DNA from: Alistipes sp.
Lineage (GTDB): Bacteria > Bacteroidota > Bacteroidia > Bacteroidales > Rikenellaceae
Assembly: GCA_017517705.1 (NCBI GenBank)
Contig: JAFWYM010000024.1
Span: forward strand, 9,800 to 73,799
Length of the DNA: 64,000 nt
Reading direction: 5' to 3'
How positions within the stretch are numbered: position 1 is the stretch's first letter; each line of letters starts with the position of its first letter. The notes beneath the pieces were generated by a model. It worked only from the letters and a program-made list of their open reading frames with translations. It was not told where the DNA came from and searched no databases. The position numbers and the translations under genes were made by a program. Below, one piece after another: positions 58,187 to 64,000 of the stretch.

Positions 58187-59548
58187 TTAGAAGAGTGAAC
58201 CTCCATTGTTGTTCGTCGACACCTCCTGCTCAGGTGCTACCTTAACCTCGCGATTCTGGAATATGGTGCGTGGGCGCGACTCATTGTCTGCCTCAAAGGG
58301 CACATTCAGGCGCACATACGCCGGGTTACGCTTCTGCATGGTTATCTGGCGGTAGCGATCCTGCTGCGGAGTGATGGTAACAGCCTCGCGAGGCTTCACG
58401 ATGGGAGGGTTCTTCGGGAGCTGGGGCTTTGCCGGCTCCTTCTTCTCAACCACATCATCAAAGGGATTATCATCCTCGGGGTTGACGTACTCAACGTTGA
58501 TGTTGAGGTTCTTGCCATCGGCAAAGCGCGTAGCTACGACCACAAGCTCCAACTCATCATCGGCCAACGATGGCTTCTCGCTGGCACCCCAGATGATGTC
58601 GGCAGCGTGGATGTTACCATCCTCGTCGGTATAGCTCGCATGCTTCTGTATATACTCCATAGCCATCGTAACATCGTCCTGCGTGAGAAGGTCGATGTTC
58701 GACACCGAGAAGCTCAGCAATATCTCCTTGGCTCCCGAGATATGGTTGTCGTCCAGCAATGACGACGATAGAGCACCCTCGGCAGCATCGAGCGAGCGAT
58801 TCTCGCCCGAGCCCTTCATCACCGACATATGCGCGCGACCACTACCACGCATCACGCGCTCCACATCCGCAAAGTCGACACGCACGAGCGCAAACGACAC
58901 GGTTATAAGCTCGGCGATACCCTTTGTCGCCATGCCGAGCACATCGTCAGCCTTGCCAAAGGCCTCCTTGAGGGGTAGTTTACCGTAGAGCTTACGCAGA
59001 CGCTCGTTGTCGATAACGAGCAGCGAGTCCACCCACTTATTCAGCTCGCTGATGCCATCCACCGCACTATTGTAACGACCCGGGCCCTCCATGCGGAAGG
59101 GCATCGTAACCACCGCCACAGTGAGGATGCCGAGCTCGTGTGCGAGCTTGGCAATAACAGGCGAGGCACCCGTACCCGTACCACCACCCATACCTGCTGC
59201 GATGAAGAGCATGCGTACGCCCGACGTCTCGAGGAGACTGCGTAGCTGCTCCTCACTCTCGATAGCATACTTACGACCCACGGCAGGGTCATTACCCGCG
59301 CCTATGCCCGGGCCTATCTGTATCTTATTTACTACGTTGCAGTTGTTAAGCGCCTGCTTATCGGTATTACACACGACAAAGTTCACACCCGTGATGTTCA
59401 TCGTCTGCATATGATTCACGGCATTACCTCCGGCACCACCTACGCCGATGACCATAATCATCGACTCGCTATCGAACTGCATCGACGAGAGGCTATCACC
59501 GGCGATCGCCAATGCCAACTCATCTGTCTCTTTATGTTTGTTGTCCAT
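58187..59548 (-). CDS. ftsZ: Cell division protein FtsZ
   Basis: VIGVGGAGGNAVN, CNTDKQAL, GAGNDP, AGMGGGTGTG, VDFADV. Confidence 0.98.
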   Translation of the reverse strand: MDNKHKETDELALAIAGDSLSSMQFDSESMIMVIGVGGAGGNAVNHMQTMNITGVNFVVCNTDKQALNNCNVVNKIQIGPGIGAGNDPAVGRKYAIESEEQLRSLLETSGVRMLFIAAGMGGGTGTGASPVIAKLAHELGILTVAVVTMPFRMEGPGRYNSAVDGISELNKWVDSLLVIDNERLRKLYGKLPLKEAFGKADDVLGMATKGIAELITVSFALVRVDFADVERVMRGSGRAHMSVMKGSGENRSLDAAEGALSSSLLDDNHISGAKEILLSFSVSNIDLLTQDDVTMAMEYIQKHASYTDEDGNIHAADIIWGASEKPSLADDELELVVVATRFADGKNLNINVEYVNPEDDNPFDDVVEKKEPAKPQLPKNPPIVKPREAVTITPQQDRYRQITMQKRNPAYVRLNVPFEADNESRPRTIFQNREVKVAPEQEVSTNNNGGSLF

Positions 59549-59623
59549 AACCCTATTATCAATATCACGGGGAGCGTAGACATCCTAAATGATAGTCATC
59601 TCGACGTCGCCCCTATCCCTAAT

Positions 59624-61069
59624 CTAAATCTCTTGTTCGTCGTCGCTGCCGGCAAAGGCATTGCCCATCTTCTCAACCTTATCCTTAAACCAGCGGAATA
59701 AGCCCTTAGACTCGTTGTCACCCTCCACCTCAAACTCTTTATCGGAGCCTACATCGGGTGTTGTGGGCTTTATTGTCTCATGCTTGGGCGCCTCGTCCTG
59801 AACCTCCGCCGTAGGACGCTGTGTCTCACGCTCAGGCTCTGTCGCAGGCTTCACCGGGGGCGTATAGGTCTCGGTGCGTGGCGTAAATGGTCGCTCTGCC
59901 ACGGCACAACTGCCGCGCTTAGCACCATAGACAAGCAACGATGCCACCGTGGCGTATGCCGAGGTTGTGATATGCTCGGCCATGGTCTCCGTGAAGCCAT
60001 ACTCGGGGAATACCGAGCGTACATCGTCGATGCCGAGCTCGCGGGCAAAGAGCTTCTCGATATTAGGCATTGCGGCACCACCACCCGTGAGGAGCACGAT
60101 GGGGTTAAAGCGGCTACCGCAGCGTGCATCCTTAACCTCGTTGCGCACCCACTCGGCAATCTCCTTGAGGCGCGCCTCGATGATGGCAGCAAGGTTACGG
60201 CGAAGGATATTCTTGGGTGTGCCGTGGCGCGCTGTCGAGAATACAATCTTGTCGTCGATGGTATCCTCCGTTATTGCCGAGCCATACTTAACCTTAAGGT
60301 TCTCGACATAGTTTGCCGGTATACCATAGGCTCGAATGTCGTCGTTAAGAGTATTCACGCCGAGGGGTATCGAGGCTATGTATCGTACCTTGCCATCCAT
60401 CAGCACCGTCACGTCGGTAAGGCCACCGCCAAGGTCGATGACGATGGCACCCTCCTCGATATCCTCGGATGTGGCCACCGAGAGGAACGATATGAGGGCG
60501 TTGGGCACAAACTCCTTCACCTTGATGCCCTGGCGCAGCAGACACTGGCGCAGACGCTCACGCATAGTGCGGTCGGTGAGGATGAAGTTATACGTCGCGG
60601 CAAGCACCTGACCATAGGCTCCCACAGGCACTGTGACAACCTTGTCGTCGACGGTATATAGCAGGGGCTCGATGGTGATGATCTCCTCGCGGTCGTCGGG
60701 GAGCTTCACGCTACGCATACGACGGTCGAGGCTCTGGAGGTCGTTCTCGGTGATCTGGTTGCAGCCATTGCCAAGCTCATCCTGCACATATACGTGATCC
60801 TTAACCTGCACGCAGCGGATGAAGTCGCCCGCAAGGCCTGCATATACCTCCGTGATCTTGATGCCGAGCTGCTGCTCTAAGCGCTCCTTGGCGCTCTTGA
60901 CGGCGGCACCCACAAGCTCGTCGTTCTCCACGCGGCCGGCATTCATACCATCCACAGGCACAGAGACGATGCCCAGAATATCTACACGTCCATCCTCCTC
61001 CACTGCTCCTACAGCTATCACCACATTCGACGTTCCCACGTCTAATGCCACAATTTGCTTACCTTTCAT
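59624..61069 (-). CDS. ftsA: Cell division protein FtsA
   Basis: ALDVGTSNV, VIDLGGGLTD, AAIIEARLKEI, LLTGGGA; lies between ftsQ and ftsZ. Confidence 0.95.
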   Translation of the reverse strand: MKGKQIVALDVGTSNVVIAVGAVEEDGRVDILGIVSVPVDGMNAGRVENDELVGAAVKSAKERLEQQLGIKITEVYAGLAGDFIRCVQVKDHVYVQDELGNGCNQITENDLQSLDRRMRSVKLPDDREEIITIEPLLYTVDDKVVTVPVGAYGQVLAATYNFILTDRTMRERLRQCLLRQGIKVKEFVPNALISFLSVATSEDIEEGAIVIDLGGGLTDVTVLMDGKVRYIASIPLGVNTLNDDIRAYGIPANYVENLKVKYGSAITEDTIDDKIVFSTARHGTPKNILRRNLAAIIEARLKEIAEWVRNEVKDARCGSRFNPIVLLTGGGAAMPNIEKLFARELGIDDVRSVFPEYGFTETMAEHITTSAYATVASLLVYGAKRGSCAVAERPFTPRTETYTPPVKPATEPERETQRPTAEVQDEAPKHETIKPTTPDVGSDKEFEVEGDNESKGLFRWFKDKVEKMGNAFAGSDDEQEI

Positions 61070-61105
61070 CGTTGTATCTCTTATTTATTTTTTTCGTTCA
61101 TACCA

Positions 61106-62197
61106 TTACTTACACACCACCTGACCATCGTAGCGTAGGCTTATGCTCCTAAACCTATCCCAGCCCACGTTATCCAGACCCTTGCGATAGAAGAGGATGA
61201 GGTCATCAAGTTTCGCACCGAGCCTCTCCGTTGTGCCAAGGTCTACAGTGAAGCGTCCCGAGCGCGGTATTATCGCCAGCTGCAGGGGCTTACCCTTGCC
61301 TCCCGTAGCTACAATCTGTACCACCTCAGCACTCCAAAACTCACTCTCACCCACGACACCCAAAAATGCTATGAGGTTATTAAACTCCTCCTCGACGATG
61401 CGTATCTCCTTCTGCTTGTGGCGTATATCGCCTATGGCGCGCTCTATCGCAGCAATCTCGCCATTTATCCTGCGCTCCACAGCACTATGGTTGGCTCGCG
61501 CCTCGCTCTTCTTCTGCTTTAGCACGGCAGCCATAACCTCAGCCTCGGCCTCGGAGGTGAATAGCCCGCGCTTCACGCCGAGCGACGTAACCTCACGCAG
61601 GCGTGCATTGTTATCCCTGAGCGCCTCGTAGTGGGGCATCTTAGACTCCTCTAAGGTAGCAATGTCGTGTTCCAAGGCTGTAATAGTGTCGCGCACCATA
61701 TCCCTCGCATAGCCCATATACGTAGGCTCGAAGAGCGGAGCATAGTCGCCCGTGATGACGGGCACATGTACGCTGTAGCCATCCGTGGCGGGGAGGAGAT
61801 AGCCCTCACGTGTCATATACATATCGTAGCCCGTGACCCTCAGGCGCGCAATGGGCTCACGCTGGCGTATGTCGATATTCACACAGCCGTCGTATGTCGT
61901 ATATACGTTGGCCTCCTCCACGGCACTATGGCGCTTGAGCGTTGCCTCGAGGGCTGCAATGTCGGTCTTATCAAGGCTTCGACCCTGGGGCGTGAGGTTG
62001 TGCAGCGCCAGCCACTCCTCTATCGAACGATTGTCGATAAGCGGGTGATCACCACCTCCCGTGATGGTTATACGGGTGCTCCGTATCTCCGTCGTGGCGT
62101 TATGCTCCGCAGAGAGGCTATTAGCCCACACCACAACGGCAATGACCAAGCCCCACAGCGCCACAAAGCCTATATATCTACCAACCTGCTTAAGCAT
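61106..62197 (-). CDS. ftsQ: Cell division protein FtsQ-like, with a coiled-coil insertion
   Basis: Single N-terminal transmembrane helix, POTRA-like region (VEEANVYTTYDG...IRQREPIAR), C-terminal ISLRYDGQVVC; lies between murC and ftsA. Confidence 0.8.
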   Translation of the reverse strand: MLKQVGRYIGFVALWGLVIAVVVWANSLSAEHNATTEIRSTRITITGGGDHPLIDNRSIEEWLALHNLTPQGRSLDKTDIAALEATLKRHSAVEEANVYTTYDGCVNIDIRQREPIARLRVTGYDMYMTREGYLLPATDGYSVHVPVITGDYAPLFEPTYMGYARDMVRDTITALEHDIATLEESKMPHYEALRDNNARLREVTSLGVKRGLFTSEAEAEVMAAVLKQKKSEARANHSAVERRINGEIAAIERAIGDIRHKQKEIRIVEEEFNNLIAFLGVVGESEFWSAEVVQIVATGGKGKPLQLAIIPRSGRFTVDLGTTERLGAKLDDLILFYRKGLDNVGWDRFRSISLRYDGQVVCK

Positions 62198-62199
62198 AC

Positions 62200-63606
62200 C
62201 TACTTGCCAATCTTGTTACTTAGTACCTCGGCAACATCCCTACACACCACGTCGATGTTACCCGCACCGAAGGTCACCACGACGTCAGTATCCTCGCCTC
62301 TTAGGTGCTCGGCAAGGGCATCGCGCTCAACAAGCTCCCACTCCGCGGTTATCGCCACACCCAGCATCTCGGAGCATACGCCCTCAATGGGGAGCTCGCG
62401 AGCCGGGTAAATGGGCAGGAGTATCACCTTATCGGCCAACGACAATACCTCGGAAAACTCCGCTGCAAAGTCGCGCGTGCGGGTGTAGAGGTGGGGCTGG
62501 AATATCGCCGTGAGCCTGCGCTTGGGGTATATCTCCCTGAGCGACATTATCGTGGCGCGCAGCTCCTCGGGGTGGTGGGCGTAGTCGTCGATGTACACCT
62601 GTGTGGGGGTGTTGATATAGACCTCCATACGGCGCTTAACACCCTCGAACGACGCTAAGGCCTCGGCCACAGCCCTACGATCCAACTCCTTACCCTCGAT
62701 CTTTGCGGCACACCACAGCATAGCCACGGCAGCCACCGAGTTCTCGACATGCACCTTGCCCGGGATGCCGAGGACACAACCCTCAATCCTGCCATCGGGT
62801 GTGACGATGTCGTAGCTGTAGCGCCCATCCTCGCGGAGCGCGATACGCTCGGCATGGAAGTCGCCACCGCCATCTGCCGAATAACGATAGAGGCTGCGAT
62901 GCGAGGTGTCGAACTTCAGGTCTATGCCCTCCTTGAGTATCAATGCACCACCCTCCTTTATCTGTGCCGCAAACTGCTCGAAGCTCTCCTTCATTGCCTC
63001 TGCCGTGCCGTAGATGTCGAGGTGGTCGGCATCCGTTGCCGTAATCACCGCCACATCGGGATAGAGGCGAAGAAACGAGCGGTCATACTCGTCGGCCTCG
63101 AGGACGAGGCGTCGCCCTATGCCCAAGACGAGGTTCGAGGCGAAATTTCGCGAGATGCCTCCGAGGAAGGCGCTGCCCTCCTTGGCTGCTGCATGGTTGA
63201 GCCATGCGGCGAGCGTCGATGTCGTCGTCTTGCCGTGCGTGCCTGCCACAGCCATGCCCAACTTACCCGTAGCAAGGTGTCCAAGCATCTGCGAGCGCTT
63301 CTCTATCTGAAAACCCCTTGTGCGCAGCCATGCCCACTCACGATGGTCGGCAGGTATTGCCGGCGTATATACCACGAGAGTCTCTTCAGCATTGCGCATA
63401 GCCTCGGGTATAAGCGCGGGGTCATCGTCGTAGTGTATCGTAGCACCCTCAGCCTCGAGAGCACGTGTGAGGGGTGTTGCCGTGCGGTCGTAGCCCGCCA
63501 CGGCATAACCCTCATGCAAGAAGTAGCGCGCAAGGGCGCTCATGCCTATGCCTCCGATGCCGAGGAAATATATGTTTCGCAACTTACCGTTCATACTCCT
63601 TGTCAT
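62200..63606 (-). CDS. murC: UDP-N-acetylmuramate--L-alanine ligase
   Basis: GIGGIGMSALA, VAGTHGKTTTS, EADEYDRSF, DDYAHHP, FQPHLYTRT. Confidence 0.98.
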   Translation of the reverse strand: MTRSMNGKLRNIYFLGIGGIGMSALARYFLHEGYAVAGYDRTATPLTRALEAEGATIHYDDDPALIPEAMRNAEETLVVYTPAIPADHREWAWLRTRGFQIEKRSQMLGHLATGKLGMAVAGTHGKTTTSTLAAWLNHAAAKEGSAFLGGISRNFASNLVLGIGRRLVLEADEYDRSFLRLYPDVAVITATDADHLDIYGTAEAMKESFEQFAAQIKEGGALILKEGIDLKFDTSHRSLYRYSADGGGDFHAERIALREDGRYSYDIVTPDGRIEGCVLGIPGKVHVENSVAAVAMLWCAAKIEGKELDRRAVAEALASFEGVKRRMEVYINTPTQVYIDDYAHHPEELRATIMSLREIYPKRRLTAIFQPHLYTRTRDFAAEFSEVLSLADKVILLPIYPARELPIEGVCSEMLGVAITAEWELVERDALAEHLRGEDTDVVVTFGAGNIDVVCRDVAEVLSNKIGK

Positions 63607-63609
63607 TTA

Positions 63610-64000
63610 CTATTGAGCTGCTGCAAGCTCACTATCTATCACCGCAACAACCCTATCCGCCGAGTCGCCAATGGCGAGCTCCGCAATATTGGCACTGAGT
63701 CGTGCAAGGCGTTCCTTATCTCCGGCCAGCGCCACAGCCTCCTGCATACCGCGCTCGATGGCCTCGCTGTCGCGCACCATCTCCGCAGCGCCCTTTTCGA
63801 CCAAGGCCATAGCATTCTTGGTCTGGTGATCCTCGGCGACATTGGGCGAGGGCACAAATATCGTAGGCTTAGCAACGAGACATAGCTCCGACACGGTGCA
63901 GGCACCGCTACGCGAGAGCACCACGTCGGCAGCAGCATAGGCGTAGTCCATACGGTCAATAAATGCTCCCTGCCAGATATTCTTCGTGGGGTGCTCCTCG
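63610..64000 (-). CDS. murG: MurG glycosyltransferase (C-terminal part; 5' end beyond the window)
   Basis: FIDRMDYAYAAADVVLSRSGACTVSEL, VPSPNVAEDHQTKNA. Confidence 0.95.
   Translation of the reverse strand, partial: EEHPTKNIWQGAFIDRMDYAYAAADVVLSRSGACTVSELCLVAKPTIFVPSPNVAEDHQTKNAMALVEKGAAEMVRDSEAIERGMQEAVALAGDKERLARLSANIAELAIGDSADRVVAVIDSELAAAQ

Noticed and set aside
62749-63885. Long antisense ORFs (378 aa here; also 59780-60661, 30808-31620, 21129-21992, 26792-27520, 37405-38103, 8307-8999)
   Set aside because: They lie opposite well-supported genes, have no recognisable motifs, and are expected shadow ORFs given the codon bias in GC-rich genes.
1-64000. Prophage, IS element, integron, restriction-modification or toxin-antitoxin genes
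   Set aside because: No integrase, transposase, phage structural, methyltransferase or TA motifs were recognised in any ORF; only non-coding repeat elements and the RhuM-like remnant point to past mobility.

Overview
A 64-kb chromosomal segment from a Bacteroidales bacterium. It has TAnnTTTG promoters, EF-G2, TamL and GldE; a Rikenellaceae/Alistipes-like origin is inferred. Most of it is housekeeping: clpPX, lysS, tpiA, recO, ispG, dapF/dapD, galE, pth, rplY, dxs, pyrH-frr, rmuC, kbl, queD-polA, an exbB-hyp-exbD-exbD operon, ansA, tatD, dprA, glnA, fusA2 and the end of the dcw cluster (murG-murC-ftsQ-ftsA-ftsZ). No rRNA, complete tRNA, CRISPR array, transposase or integrase was found. The main accessory locus (9168-13297) has two radical SAM/SPASM enzymes and four predicted lipoproteins. 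Three of the lipoproteins carry a conserved x-Y-G-x-P motif just after the lipid Cys; the fourth carries T-S-C-Y-D-P. This is a candidate system for post-translational modification of surface lipoproteins, possibly splicease-like (inference). Next to it is a TlpA / Cys-tailed beta-barrel / 2x Omp28 operon, a candidate outer-membrane thiol-redox relay. Other notable items: a mosaic lipoprotein gene with an AT-rich core and a switch-like structured leader, an ORF-less promoter-terminator unit (candidate sRNA), a possible 5S loop-E mimic upstream of rplY, a decayed RhuM fragment, and several families of palindromic intergenic repeats. Family assignments come from motif recognition and memory; no database search was run.
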